Program-made: the position numbers and the translations under genes
DNA from: the human T2T-CHM13v2.0 reference genome, Homo sapiens
Assembly: GCF_009914755.1 (NCBI RefSeq)
Contig: NC_060927.1
DNA: 64,000 nucleotides
Direction: 5' to 3' (one strand)
Part shown: positions 30,005 to 45,612 of the stretch, piece after piece
Position numbering within the stretch: the first letter of the stretch is position 1
Layout: the number at the start of each line of letters is the position of its first letter
Notes under the pieces: model-generated
The model's database searches: none
Told to the model about the DNA's origin: nothing
Seen by the model: only the letters and a program-made list of their open reading frames with translations

Positions 30005-30595
30005 CAAGGTGTGGTGGTTAAGAGCATGGACTCTGAGGCTGTGCTGCCTGTGTTCAAATCCTGGCTCCCCTGGTGATTTAAGCTGCTTCTTCCATAGTGT
30101 TGACTTGGAGCCTGGGGATAGTCCTCAGCCATGGGTTCCATTCCTCAGGCTGTCCTTCATCTGATTGGACTATGTGTCTAATTACTGCCAGTGGACCATG
30201 AGCAGAACTGATAAGGGCCACGTCCAGGCTAAGGAGTTCAAGAAGCAGGTACACTTTCTCCACTCCCTCTCCCCCAATCGGCTGGCTGAATGTGGAAGAC
30301 TCCAAGGCCTGAGAGGAGAACAGAGCTGTTGGATTGGGAGGATCCTGGGTCCCTGAGTCACTATGTGGAAGGCTACCTGATGAAAAGAACTTCTTCATGG
30401 ATGGTTACATGAGCAAGAAATAAACCTTTATTGTGTGAAGCCGCTGAGATATGGGGGTTATTCTTATTATAATGGCTAGTATCCCCTTAACTAATAAACT
30501 CCTTGGTAGCAGTGTAACTTTGGATAAGTTGCTTGATCTCTCTATACCTTAGTTACCTAACCTATAAAATGGGGGAAATAGTATCTCCCTGACCC
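30005..30595 (+). mobile_element. MIR split by an MLT1J/K-like MaLR LTR (~30100-30497)
   Basis: MIR 5' part gtggttaagagcatggactctg...ttcaaatcctggctc. LTR part cctgggtccctgagtcactatgtggaag...agaaataaacctttattgtgtgaagcc...actaata. MIR resumes at gtgtaactttggataagtt. Confidence 0.7.
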
Positions 30596-33500
30596 AAATA
30601 GAATGCTCAGTAAATGCTGGCTGCTATTATTAATAATACATTATTGTTATTGTGGTCATTCCTTTTGATTTTCTGGGAGCAGGAAAGGTGAATTATCTTC
30701 AACTGGAACATCAGAAAAATGTGTTTGAAAAAAAGTAGGCTGCAGAAAGCAATCTATATGAAGTAGTGCAGGCTTTGTACAATAACATTTTATTATTTGC
30801 ATTTGGGCTGTAGTTAAATTTGTTGGTGTGCATAAAGACACTTGTAAATGCATACAAAGAGATATTTCTTCTCTAGCACACATGGACTTGTAATTATTGT
30901 TTTGGCTGTGGGGTTGTGAGGATGTATGTATAGCGTAAATATTCTCATTTCAGAGCCTCAGATGCCCATGCAGGAATCTAGCGAATACTCAGGAATTGGA
31001 GTTTTTAAAATAAGCATTGAGACTGTTGGATTTTGTTTAGTAGACAGATTAATTCCCCAGGTTTAAAGCATTATGTGATGCCCCCATACAAGGGCACGGA
31101 TGGTTGTATCAATAGCTGGTATAGTAGCTTGCTTCTGACTTAATTTCCTTTATCTAAAACAGGAATGTAATGCAGTATTCACATGCAGTTTTATACCATA
31201 GAGCTACAATTTATCAGAGGCATTTGTCCAGTTGACTCTGTTGAACAGGAAAAGCTTATGCAATCTATGAAGATTTTTTTTAAGAGTATAGACAGTAAAA
31301 CAGGAGAGGAGAGATAGCCATCTTTTAATTCAGAACCTGACAATCTGGAAGTGGTGGAAATCTGTCAGAGACCACCCATGGCAGAGCCAGCTGCTCTCGG
31401 GGACAGCCTCCCTGGAGCTCTGGAATTTAGTCAGGCACTCTAAAACAGCTAGTTGGGAGCATGGGCTCTGGGGGCACTGGGCCTGGGACCCCTGATCATT
31501 CTGACAGTGCTCTCCTGAGGGGGGTGTCAGAAGGCACCATGGAAAGTCATTTAGACCACACCGTTCCTCCCGTCTAGCTGGAAGTTCTTAAAAGCACGCT
31601 GAGGAAACTCTGTTGCTTTCGATATTGGTTCATTTCCATGCTTCCCAACCCCCTAAGGAGGCGCTGCTTACAGGTCATGCTCTGAATCCCTCAAGCCGGA
31701 TCCATTTGCCACATTGAGCCCTGAAGAAGTAGGGGCTGAGCCACTCCCTGCATCCTCTCTGCTTCCTCTCTGCTTGCAGTTCAGTGCCATGTCCTCTTCT
31801 CTCTCTTCATCATTTCTAAAACAGTCTTTTGTTCAGATTCAAATAGTCTCTTGTTCCTGTGGCTTTGACAGAAAAATTGCATTCCTCAAGGATTGTCCTC
31901 AAACTTCACTAGATCTGGAAGAGCACAGCATTAACAATGGACATTTTTGACCTTGGAGACACTAGATTGGAATACCTGTGTGAAACAGAATTATTCATAC
32001 AATAGGGCACTTTCCATTTCAACTAGAAAAGTATTCTTTTGTGGCTGAGAGTTCCATGAAGTCAGTTTTGTTTTTGTGATGGTTAAGAAGAAGTGGTCCT
32101 AACTTCAGTTTAAAGGATTTGGATGTGTATTTACTTGAAAACGTAATTGCTTTGGAGTATTGTGTTTTGAAGTGACACCTTTGTATGCAATAATTGGGTT
32201 AAGAGGAATACTAAGCACATTTGTGTCATAATAAGAAAACGACGCTGTCTGTAAGGAGAGACTGCAGAATTATACATTAGTTTTTATTGCAACATCTTTA
32301 GTAACATATCTAAAAATTGTCTTCCCTCTGCCCCCCCCAATACACACACACAAATATGGACTTCTAGCAACCAATTTCTGCCAGAACAGAGTCCTCACCA
32401 AATAATTATTATTGAAGAGTCCTTGGAGCCTTGTGAATGTATTAGAAAAATGCCATTGCCCAGAGCAACATCGGGAGCTAGTTGGTCTGTTAGGTTGTAA
32501 ATGTTGGTTGCACGTTTCTTCTTATTGTTGCGGCAAAAGAATGATGTATTTCAGAAATTTTAGAAATACTGAGATTTATTACTTCTCCCATCACCATTAT
32601 CATTTGTGAGTATTTTACTCTGTGTTCAGCACTCTGCTGCTGCGTACTTTACACACTTCACATCATTTGATCATCTCAAGAGCAGTATGAGGTCTGGTCT
32701 CATCCACCTTACTGTCAAGGAAAGGACCCTGGTGGAGGCTGATCAACTTGTTACCTGGCTAGTACATGGTAACATGAGGACTTGAACGTGGAACATCTGG
32801 CTAGAGAGTCCCTGGTCCTAGGCACCATGACAAACTTGAAGCTGGTGTTAGGACCGCTTGCCCCTAGCAAGTGCACCTTGGTGATTCTACTGCGATTTGA
32901 ACCCTGGCCAGTAATTCTAAGCCAAGCGGGATGCTGCTATCAGGCTTCGAGTCAGCAGCACAGCAGCAATATTGACACAGATTCTTTCCACTGGGCCCAT
33001 CGTGGTCAGCTATCTTCACTAGGAGTAAGCTGAGGGAGACAGAGTAGGAACTACATCACTCTATCCCCACTGGAGGGACATAGGATGAGCTTACAGCTTA
33101 CATGCAACCTGAAGAGACTGTCCCCTGTTTCTCTTCTCCCCTCCGCATCTCTCCTTGCTGCCCCTTTCTATCACACCTTGGTCACAGATGTCCTGCCTCA
33201 TAATGACTCATGACCGTCTCATTACATTACTAGGCTCCTTCATAGACTACATCTTCCAGGAAGCAGGGAATCATATATGCTGCATAGGCATCCCCTTTTC
33301 TGGGAACTTTGACTAATCCATCATTTTACATCCCGTGATCCTCTTTCTCCCTGGTGACTGTGATGGCCGGTCCTTTCTGTCCCTGGCCAGAGCACCCTTG
33401 CACATCTGGCAGGAGTAACATACCTCTACTGCAGACCAGTGTGCCCTCCAGAGGAGGCACACAGACCAGCCGTGCAGGATACGAGGGTGCAAGTTTACAT

Positions 33501-35730
33501 AGAAATGATCCATGCAGCTCTGTGTCAACTTATTTTTAAATAAAATGAACCAAAAATAAGCCTCCTTTTACCCCAAGGGAACCACATGTGTTTGTCAACA
33601 CATTCCCCCCATCTCCGTGCAGCTTGGCACATGGTAAACCATTTGTAAATATTTGTTGAATGAAAGAAAATAGCCACATTTTCAGTTTAAGTTTCTTTTT
33701 TGTATTGGCATAGTCCCATCTTAAATGATTGGGTTAATGAATTTATCTCTTGCACTGTGGCTGTTTCAGAGCTTGAAGGAATAAAAAGAGAAAAAGCAAA
33801 AGAAAAAAAAGAACCTTAGGGTGGGAACGTGAGGCTTCTTTCACTCTTACATAAACAAAGCAACTTAAAGGCCTTGGACTATCTCTGGGTTACTATCCCA
33901 GTGTCAGGGTTATTGGGGGATCTGAATTAGAGGATTTTAAGGGAAGTGCCAGAGGGTTGGGAGAGGGATAGAGAAGCAGCCCATTTATTTCAGGTCGCAG
34001 ACTTCAAGGCAAACGCTCCACATTTTCACTTGGGGATGGGCAGGTCCTTGCTGTGCCATCTCCCCGCCAGGGCCTTCTGTTAATCCTCATGCAGTGATTT
34101 AATTATGTCGACTCTAGAGGTGTAATTTCAGTTTTTGATGAGAAAATCTAGCCAAGAGACCATGTTAACATGCACCCACTCTTTGGCTAATGATGCTTCC
34201 TGCATTTGTCCTCTGCAGAGGGTATTTTTTTTCCTGGTGCCAAGTCCACTCAGAGCCCCTCTTCCGTGTCTGGCTTTTATCCGAATTAATTCTGATTGGC
34301 CAGAAGTCTCCTGACTGGAGCTCCCTCTCTGGGGGCTGTTCTAGGCGACTCACTTTTAGATACACAATTCTCACATAGGAAAAAAACCAACCCAAACGTA
34401 TGAACAACATTAAGTGTTCTGACAGTGAAGTAGTACTTTTCTCTTCGTGGTGTTTGTGTGAAATGATCTGGCAAAATAGATGCTGCAGAAATAATGCATT
34501 TCTGTGTCTTCCTTCCCAAATGATAAATGTTCTTGGCTCACCACAGGATTTCTTGCCAAATGCTGATTCTGCTAACAGAAGGGATGGAAACTTCAGAGGC
34601 TCTTTTGTGACAGAGAGAATACAAAGTTTCTCAGGCTTGCCTTTCTTCCATGTCACAAATGTGACACAGAATGCGTTCTGCCTAGACCCCAGTCCTGGCT
34701 AAATCCACAGGCTGCCTTGCTGGGGCATCTCTGCTTACTGCACCAAGCCGGGGTTAGGCCCAGTGAAGACATCAGCATCATCCACCACCCTGTCGGAATT
34801 TGTCTGTTACATCGAGACCTTCAGTTTAGGAATATGAAAACACAATGCTTGCTAGAATCCCCTGTAGCCAGAAATGCCAAGAGGGAAAAATAAGGTAGCA
34901 CTAGGATTTGGGGTGGTTCATTATGTGCAGGCACTGTGCTGAGGGCTTTGACAGATGTCCTCCCAGTAAGACTGCAGGGCAGCCCTGGATGATGGACATC
35001 ATCATCTCTTGAGTTCTGAATGAGGACCCTGAGGCTCAGGAGGTTAATGGCTTCCTTAAAGTGACCCAGCCAGCTGGCCCAAAGTGTTGCTGTGTCTGGC
35101 CCCTAGAACCCTTGATGTCTCTCCAGGAGCCCTGCCTCTCATTCCTCTGCCTCTTATGGCCCTTCCCCATTGCCATCTTTCGAGTCCTGGCCACTGCAGC
35201 CTCTGACTTCCTTGTCTCCATCCAGTTTTGCCCCCTTACTCTATTCTGCACACTGAGGTTATTCAAAAGTACAGACCTGATCACTGATCCCTCCTACCCT
35301 CAACACCCCTGGTGGCTCCAGTTGTTGCCTGTCCCCGCAGCCCCACCCACCTCCCCACATCAGGATGGGGTCCAAACTCTTACTCCTAGCACACCGCCCT
35401 TGATGACCTGGCCTCTGCTCACTTCACTGGCCTCATCTCTCACCAAAGTCATCCAACCGTGGCCATCCATGCTCCAGTGCAGTGGGGGCAGTGAGCACTT
35501 CCTTGAGCCCCGGGAGTCTCCCCTCTGGACTTCCCTCCTTGCTGCTCTCTCTTCCTGGCATCTTTATCCCCTGTTGCCCCTCCCACCCCACCCCCAGCCT
35601 TGTCGTCCTCAAAGGGTTCTGCAAGATAGGAGTCACTGCCCTGACTACCCTCATCAGACTTTCCCTGATGCTGCATCTTCCTTGCCTGTTTCCTTCTCAG
35701 AATATCCTGGCAAAGAAAGCAAGCTTTCTT

Positions 35731-36561
35731 TAAATTTTTTTTTTTTTAATTTTCACATGTTTTTGGGGAACAGGTAGTGTTTGGTTACATGAGTGTTCTT
35801 TAGTGGTGATTTGTGAGATTTTGGTGCACCCATCACCCAAGCAGTATACACTGAACCCAATTTGTAGTCTTTTATCCCTCGCCTGCTTCCCACCCTTACT
35901 CCCTTTCTCCCTGAGTCCCAAAAGTCCATTGTGTCATTCTTATACCTTTGCATCCTCATAGTTAGGTACCACTTATAAGTGAGAACATATGATGTTTGGT
36001 TTTCTATTCCTAAGTTACTGCACTTAGAAAAATGGTCTCCAATTCCCTCCAGGTTGATGTGAATGTCATTAATTTATTCCCTATTTATGGCTGAATAATA
36101 TTCCATCATATATCTATACCATAGTTTCTTTATCCACTCATTGATTGATGGGTATTTGGGTTGGTTCCACAATTTTCCGATAGCGAATTGTGCCACTATA
36201 AGCATGTGTGTGCAAGTATCTTTTTCATATAATGACTTCTTTTCCTCTGGGTAGATACCCAGTAGTGGGATTGCTGGATCAAATGGTAGTTCCACTTTTA
36301 GTTTCTTAGGGAATTGCCATACTGTTTTCTATAGTGGTTGTACTAGTTTACATTCCCACCAGTAGTGTAGAAGTGTTCCCTTTTTACCACATCCACACCA
36401 ACATATATTATTTTTTGATTTTTTTGATTATGGCCATTCTTGCAGGAGTAAGGTGGTTTCGCATTGTGGTTTTGATTTGCATTTTTCTGATCATTAGTGA
36501 TGTTGAGCATTTTTTCATATGTTTCTTGGCTATGTGTATATCTTCTTTTGAGAATTTAGAC
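35731..36561 (-). mobile_element. 5'-truncated L1PB1-like element
   Basis: Poly(T), L1PB 3'UTR and ORF2 C-terminus ([17 protein letters not shown]). Perfect 13-bp TSD agcaagctttctt at 35718-35730 / 36562-36574. Confidence 0.9.
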
Positions 36562-37547
36562 AGCAAGCTTTCTTAAACATCACTTTACTCGTTATCATGT
36601 GCTTGGTGTCTAGCACCCTGCCTGGCATACCAGAGACACCAAGTATAGTTTGCAGAACAAACAAATGGAGTGCTGGAGACAGGATGCAAAGCCAGCCTGG
36701 CTCAAACCTTTCACCTGGTGCCATAGTCATCGCTTCCATTTTTGTTTTCCTCTCTGCCTTCCTTTTGTGTTTAGAGGGACCTGGTAATACTTTCTTAACT
36801 CCTTTTCCCAGTTGAAGGATGACTGCTTTTACGTGAAACAAAAGTAATTTGTACTGGCATCCTTGAAGCTATAGAAAATAAAAAGGCCCATTGCCTGCAC
36901 AGCTGTGTGGAGAGGCAAACCCTAGGAGGAGAAGGAAGAATTTTAGGTATTTTTCCTCCAGGTCTTTCTTGGTACTTTAGGGAACAGAAGCCAGTTGGTA
37001 GCCTGCATGTGGCCATGGAGTAATTTCTAATTGAGGTTCCAGGGCCCCCTCCAGAATGGGCTTGCTTTGCCCTCTCCAGGTATTTTTGTTGTTGACAGCT
37101 GTGTCTACTCCCTGGGGGAAGGCTCCAAGCTCACCCCGCAGAGGCCCTGTGGAGGAACAATCAACTCTCGTGACTTCACATGTGACCTGATGGCTTGGAA
37201 CAGTCGTGTAAACTGCCGCAGCCCCTGTTAACTGCCAATGTCTCCTGGTTTTGGTATTTGCCTCTCTTGCCAAGTTCAAGCCACTGTTGGCTACAAAATC
37301 AACAAAACAAGTGTTTTTATGGTAGTAAAATGGGTCCTCTGAAACAAGTTTGCAAATTTTTAGACCCTCAGTCACCTACCCCTCTACTCCCCTTCCCCAC
37401 AAGGTCAAAAGATGGAGCATCTAGAAGAAAGACCCTGCTAGGTTTGAAACCCTCCAACGAATTGACCTTCAATGCTGGTTGACCTTCTGTGTGCCTCAGC
37501 TCTCCACCTGCAACATGGGGGTTTGTGAGGATTAGACACATTAATAG

Positions 37548-37625
37548 GTGAAAAGCTTCTGGCACCATCCTGGGCCTGTGATACACGTGAAAAGCTTCTG
37601 GCACCATCCTGGGCCTGTGATACAC
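37548..37625. repeat. Perfect 39-bp tandem duplication
   Basis: gtgaaaagcttctggcaccatcctgggcctgtgatacac occurs twice (37548-37586, 37587-37625). Confidence 0.97.
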
Positions 37626-39168
37626 ACAGGACTCATTTTACTGACTTCCTTAGACTCTGGTAATGAAGACATGTCGCTTAACTACAAAGAGTCTAATTGG
37701 GACCACATTCCCTTAAAGGAATCTGTTTATTAGGTGCTCATATTCTGTTGTAAATATAACTACAACTTATATATATTTTTGAATGTGAAATAGTCATTGA
37801 AAAATTAGAAAATAAAGGTAAGCAAAAGAAGAAAGAAAAAAAATCATTTGTGATTGTACAGCTGGCTGTGAATGTACAATCACATTGTGTACATTGTGTA
37901 TGTCCTCCTAGCAGGGTGTGTGTGTGTGTGTGCACGTGTGTGTGAGATTAGTGATTTAAAACAAAAAGTAAGCAGTTACTGTCTGTCATACGTTGTGACA
38001 CTATTTCCTGTATTCTTTGACACAGTTTGGGATGGCTATGTGAAATTCTTTTGTACTGGAATAGCTCACTCTATCCAGTTACTGGAGGTCAAATTGCTTG
38101 GTTTTCTACTGTAGGTACCTTTTCAGTAATTTTGATGTATGTCAACATTTTAAGTTACTAAGGGCTTTTGATTGATTAATGACTATCACTGGGTCTTTGT
38201 TCTTCAGAATCTTTTCTTTCCAGCAAAGTGAAACATTTCCTGGAAAGAGTAAGGCATTATATTTTTCTAATGTGATTCCAGCAGTCATTAACATGTCTTG
38301 GAAGGACAGAGTGCTTTTTGCTTATGAGATACTTCCCCAGGATGATAAGAAAGTAGTATATTCTTGGCTCGTTTGCAAGAAACACCTGTGGGTATGTGGT
38401 CTGAAGGGTGGATACTCAGGCTAGAGAGGAATGGAACCATTAAACTGCTCAGCTTATCCCAGATCTGGAATCCACAGCTTGGCAAAGAGCTTTGTGCTGA
38501 GATTAGTTAGCGATGTTACAGGCACCAGTAGTCCTGGGAGACTGACAACCTGCCGTAAAGCCAGGGGCTTCTGTTCACAGAGCAGACTCAGAAGAAAAAA
38601 GTGGGATATAGGAAGATCTCATTGAAAACTTGGTGGAAAGTTAGAGTTCAATAAATCGATTCCCTTCTAGAAGTCTATTGGGAGAGAAACACATACAGGT
38701 AACAGATATGGCCAGAATATTGGGGCCTGGTTTAAAACCAAAAACTTCAGATAAAGATGAATTGTGAAATCCATTTTATTTTTCTTTATCTTGAGCCTCT
38801 AGATTACCTTAATTACAGAATTTAGACATCATTTCACTGACTATAAATATTAGACTGCATTAGTTTCGTTTGTTTTACTCAGTCTTGAACTTTGTATTTT
38901 TGGTGGTAAATCAGCCTTGGGTATAAGCTGAGTTTCAATGTTGGTTTTTGGAGCACATCTGGCAGGCAGCAAAGAGCTCCTGGGAATTTTAGCTCCAAAG
39001 ATATTGGCTTCCATTTGAACTTAGGAATAGTCTCAGTGATGGTCATTGAAGTTTTATTCACATACCAGAGCACGCTGTTAGCTTGAGCCAGGTTTGGGCT
39101 GGCCAGAGCCCCACCTCTGAGGCCAATCCAGTCAACCTCCCAAGGTAGGGGTAGGGAAGGTCACTCTT

Positions 39169-39871
<703 letters not shown>

Positions 39872-40523
39872 GCCTTATAGAACCATAGGAAAATGCAGCT
39901 GCATCCTTCCTTCCATCTTCCTTGCATTGTAAAATTGCAATTACTCTGCAATAGGCTCCATCCAGAGAAATCTTTTGTGTCTGCTGTGGGCTGTGGCAGC
40001 AACCACAAGGACCTGTCCTTGCTTCCAGGGCCACACAATCTATGATGCCAGGAGAGAAGAGCACAGACGGTTTTGGGGTCTGGGATGGAGCATGAACCCT
40101 TCTTGTGTTGGAGAATAGGACAGCTTTGGTGGGGAGAGAGAAAAGTCTAGATTGAAGGAATAAATGGTTTTTCAGGTGAGATGCAAGAGAAACTCATAAG
40201 ATTTTTATGGATGTTTTCAGGGAGCGGGGGGAAACATGAAACTACAACTCATGATCAATTATAGGACCATGTAAAGCAGTTCAAAACATCTAATAAGCAG
40301 TGTAGCAGATGTCAATCTTGGTCTAGACTCACATGGTCCAGAAATACCACTTCTTAATTTTTCCAGGGTCAACTTAATGCTGAGAAACTCCAAGCTCTTG
40401 GGTCTAATATTCAGGTCAGAGGAAGAGATCCATTTTGAGGACCTCTTCCCACTTCCCCTATGCCAGTGAATACGGGGTTGCTGGGGAGTCCATGTCTAGG
40501 TTCCTACCTGCCTGTAAGGGTAA

Positions 40524-40758
<235 letters not shown>

Positions 40759-40997
40759 AAGAGAGGGGTATCTTGCTGCTCCTAGAACACATGGCCAGAT
40801 GCCTCCAGCCTCACCTCTAGGCTCTAAGGATTTTGTTTTAGTTTAAGGATCTGAAGAATTCTCTCTTTACATTCGTTGCTTTCCTTAGAGTTCCTCCCCT
40901 TGTCCTCAAACAGTAATCTCATTTCAGGATACCCAGTATTACTGCGTCAAAAGACTTGGACATTTGAGCATTTGAACAAGGAAGGGAAGCATTTTGT

Positions 40998-40998
<1 letters not shown>

Positions 40999-41046
<48 letters not shown>
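40999..41046. repeat. (AC)24 microsatellite
   Basis: Uninterrupted AC run. Confidence 0.97.
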
Positions 41047-41050
<4 letters not shown>

Positions 41051-41464
41051 CCTCGAGTCAAGGAGAAACTGAGCCTCCCAATTTACATTTTGAAGGTATA
41101 GGATGGGAGGAATGAATGGAGAGAAAATGTAGATTTATATCTCAAAAATTATTCTGCCATTAAAATGTAATACATTTTCCTTTTCACAACTAACTCTTAA
41201 GGTCTCTAGAGCTGAGATGAGATGTGGAGCCCCTTGATTTCCCTGGGTAAGAGCTTGGGGTGAGGAATTAGTAAACTGATTCAGAGTTTCCCCACAAATA
41301 AGAGTAAATATATCTTACCCAGCATCTTTAATTTTCCAGCTGTTTGATAACCAAATAAATGTGATGGATTCATGTTGACATTAAAAGTGTTATAAACTTC
41401 ATTTGGAAGGTTCCTATTAATAAACAATATTTCCTTCCACTAGGAACAAAATTAAATCTTTAGT

Positions 41465-41920
41465 TAAACTGTGTTTTGGGTCTCAGGACCCTTTACACTC
41501 TTACAGAGTCCTGAGGACTCCCTGAGAGCGTCTCTTTATGTGGGTTACTTGTGTCTATTGATATTTACCATATTAGAAATTAAAACCAAGAAATTCAAAA
41601 AGTGATTAATACAAGGATAAAAAAACTCATTGCATGTTAACATATATATTATAATATATTTTATGGAAAATAACAATACTTTCCAGAATAAAAAAATTAG
41701 AGGAGTAGCTGTTTTTCATTTTGCAAATCTCTTTAATATTTGATTTAAGAGGAAATAGGTGGATTCCCATATCTGCTTCTGTGTTCAATCTCTTGTGATT
41801 GGTTGCTGAAGAAAATCTGGCTTCACATAGACAACGCTGTTGGAAAAATGAGGACTTCATGGACCCTGAAAGGGTCTCAGGGACCCATAGGAGTTTTGGG
41901 ATCACTTTGAGAACTGCACA
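41465..41920. mobile_element. Charlie1-like DNA transposon, internally deleted
   Basis: ttttgggtctcaggaccctttacactctta...gaccctgaaagggtctcagggaccc...cactttgagaactgc (both ends of the element). Confidence 0.7.
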
Positions 41921-42286
41921 TTTAAACAGATAAACTACCAGGGTATGTGATGGCTTTTAAATGAAAAATTGTCTTTATTGAGAATTTGAGTCAACTGTGG
42001 GTGAAATCAGTCCCTTATAAATAGACAGATGATCGTTTAATTGGGTTAAGATATATTCCTTTCCTGGGTGCTGGTTAAGTCTCCCAGGAGAGCCAGAGTC
42101 AGTTTCATGCTTCTCCCTAGTTGGCTTAATAATTTTGAAACACAGTTTAATATCCACAAATTCACCAGAAGCAGTCATGGTGTAATTTTATCTTTATTTA
42201 TTCCTTGTGGGTAGATGTGGTCTGAAATCACAGCTGTGGTGTTTTACGGTGTCATGTGTCTTGAATGTTGCCCTCTCTTCTTACAG

Positions 42287-42403
42287 AAATACAAAGAGTA
42301 TGAGAAAGACGTTGCCATAGAAGAAATCGATGGCCTCCAACTGGTAAAGAAGCTGGCAAAGAACATGGAAGAGATGTTTCACAAGAAGTCTGAGGCCGTC
42401 AGG
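42287..42403 (+). CDS. CACNA2D3: Internal coding exon (likely exon 3) of voltage-dependent calcium channel subunit alpha-2/delta-3
   Basis: Acceptor ccctctcttcttacag| ends at 42286 and donor AGG|gtaagt starts at 42404. The exon is 117 nt = 39 codons, phase 0/0. Translation KYKEYEKDVAIEEIDGLQLVKKLAKNMEEMFHKKSEAVR is recognised as the N-terminal region of alpha2delta-3. No other host exon is seen, consistent with very long flanking introns. Confidence 0.95.
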
Positions 42404-42866
42404 GTAAGTGCCTATGTTTTGTGCCCTGTATCGCCTGAAGGCACAAAGGCAGCTTCAGGGGATGGCATTGATGAACCAATCTCTCAAAGATAAAAGTTGA
42501 CTCACGCATCTATTACGTAAATACTTTTATTTTTACAGTCTGGTTAGCCAGGAAAAGCAGTCACTAGGGGCACAAACTGCCCTTTTCATAGAGGGTTCCT
42601 GTGCCAGTTTTATTCTGGTAAATGTATGCCTTCAGCAGAGCTGCCACTAATTGTACAGCCATACAACGTGGGCCTGTAACTGTATGATGCATTCAGTAAT
42701 GGCCAAAAACCATTCAAAGGTACACTAGGGTTCAACTAAGCTCTAGTCTGAGCATTTTCTTGTGTCACTGTGTTTTGTGATTTTCTCAAATGGTTGCATA
42801 ACATTTCAGTCTATGAGTGTGTCATAATTGATATAACTGTTCCTATATATTTGGATGTCTGAGTTA

Positions 42867-43332
<466 letters not shown>

Positions 43333-45299
43333 TTATATATTTATAATGGATCAACCAACCAAGCACCTACTACAGGCAAACTGTTCCTTTAAGGACCGTA
43401 TATGTACTCACTTGTATTATCCTTGTAACACCTCCGTGGTGGATGTTAGTATTATCCCCATTTTACAAGAGAGGAGACTGAGAGGAGGAAGTTGAGTAGC
43501 TTCTCTGAGGTCACATGAGGAGTGAGAGAGAGCCCCAGTCATAATGACCCCAGAGTCCGCATTCTTTACTGCCGCCTTGCTTTCAGTGTCCTGGAGTGTG
43601 TTTCCTTAATGTGAATTCCAGAACACAGAAGACAGTTCAGAGGCTCAGAAGCAATCTTCAAGGTTCTTTATGCATATGAAAGCATTTCTGTCCAGATAAG
43701 GTTGTGCCAATTCACAGCTGCTCCAGCGACAGTGGTGTGCAAGTGCTTATTTTCTGAAATCCTTGCAAAAAAAAAAAAAAAAAAAAACTAGTAACAGCAT
43801 TGTCAATTTGAGAGGGGGACATATTATTTTAGCATGCATTTCTTTGTGAATCACATAATTTTAGAGGAGAAAAGGACATAAATATCTTTAGGTTCTGCTT
43901 CTACAATTGACAAAGTAGCCCTGGTGCCTGGAATTAGGGGAGCATTGGGAGTGGAAGGAGGAGGGGGCCATGCAGCATGCTGCCTTGACACAGAGGTCCA
44001 GCCAGCACCAGAACCTAGACCTCACCTCCTTGAGGCAGTGGGCCCACGTGGTCAGTGAGACATGGGCTCTGAAAGTAGTGGAACTGTCCCGAATCTCAGT
44101 TCTGCCCCAAGGTGGGAGACCAGTGAGCAAAGCTGAGTAACCCCTGTGAATCTCTTTTTTTCCTCACTTACCAGCCTGGCGGCATTACGAGAAGTCAATG
44201 ATTTAATAAATACGTGCTTACACTTATTGAGTTCAGATGCACCAGCCCCTGTGCTAATCACTTTATGTATGCAATCTCATTCTTGTATCAACACTAGGAG
44301 TGAGACACTGTTATTATTGTTGTCTTAGAAATGACCAAACAGGCTTGGCAGGGTGAAGGCATTTGCCCAGGTCACGTGGGCAGGGCTCAGCAGAGTTAAT
44401 TTTTACACCTAGGTGGTGGGGTTGCAGTACCTCTGTATCTGTGTAAGGTGTTTATTTAGCTCAGTGTCTGGCAAACAGTAAATGTTCAGTAAACATTTGC
44501 TGTTACAGCTGGTTAAAGGGCCTTCTAATCTGTGAATATCTGATAGGAGGTAGTCTTGCAGCTTTAGGAAGCACCTGGATGATGACAGGAGGGAACGTGA
44601 ACTGGGTTTAGCGTCTTCGTATTGCCTAATTTTAAAACCTTTTTGTGTTAAATTAGTGAAGATAAAAAAAAAAAGACGATTTGGTATGGTGGGTGTAGTT
44701 CCTTTGAGAAGAAAAAAATAAGTTGCTCTGTTTAAATTGAAATATTCCCAGAATAAAGGCAGCCAGATTCCTTGCAATGTGTATTCTATATATTTTAAAA
44801 TAAATGCACAGGCCTTCTGTAATTACGCTTGATGCTCGAGCCTGTAACATCTTGGTTAATTGGTCCAGTGTTATATGGATTTCCCCACGCCCGTCTTTAA
44901 AGAGAGTTTGTATGTCACGTAGGGGTTTAGTCTGGGGATGGTAGAGATGGGCCTTGTCCTCACTGTGAGCCATGTGGCTCTCTTGTTAACACTCAGGACC
45001 CATATGCCATTTGGAATGAGATGTCCCTTTGGAGGCCAGGGAAGCAGTGAGTGTGACTCTTTTCCTATTTTAATGATACCTTGATTCTCCATTAGGAAAA
45101 GTCGCTGTTTGCCTGTGAGATTTGTGAACATTTGAAGAGCAAAGACCTCAGGTTCAAATTTGCCCATGGGTTTGCAGTGGAGTCATTATTTGTAGCCTTG
45201 CACTGGAATGCACCACTGTGAGACAAGGTGGGGTCCTTTCCCATGCCACCCACTGGGCAGTGACCCTACCCCCTCTTTTCTCTCCTTTCCTCTCCTCTT

Positions 45300-45612
<313 letters not shown>

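Noticed and set aside
35061-35777. 238-aa ORF as a novel gene
   Set aside because: It starts at GTG, is Pro/Leu/Ser-rich, runs through MIR/L2-like pyrimidine-rich relics and ends inside an L1PB tail. No recognisable domain.
37548-37625. CRISPR-like array
   Set aside because: Two abutting copies with no spacers, in a eukaryotic intron. It is a simple tandem duplication.
42215-42493. Standalone 92-aa protein
   Set aside because: It is the CACNA2D3 exon plus in-frame intron on both sides. Canonical splice sites delimit 42287-42403.
43767-43787. Isolated poly(A) as a processed-pseudogene tail (also 19543-19559)
   Set aside because: No upstream ORF, poly(A) signal or TSD is visible. Likely homopolymer expansions.
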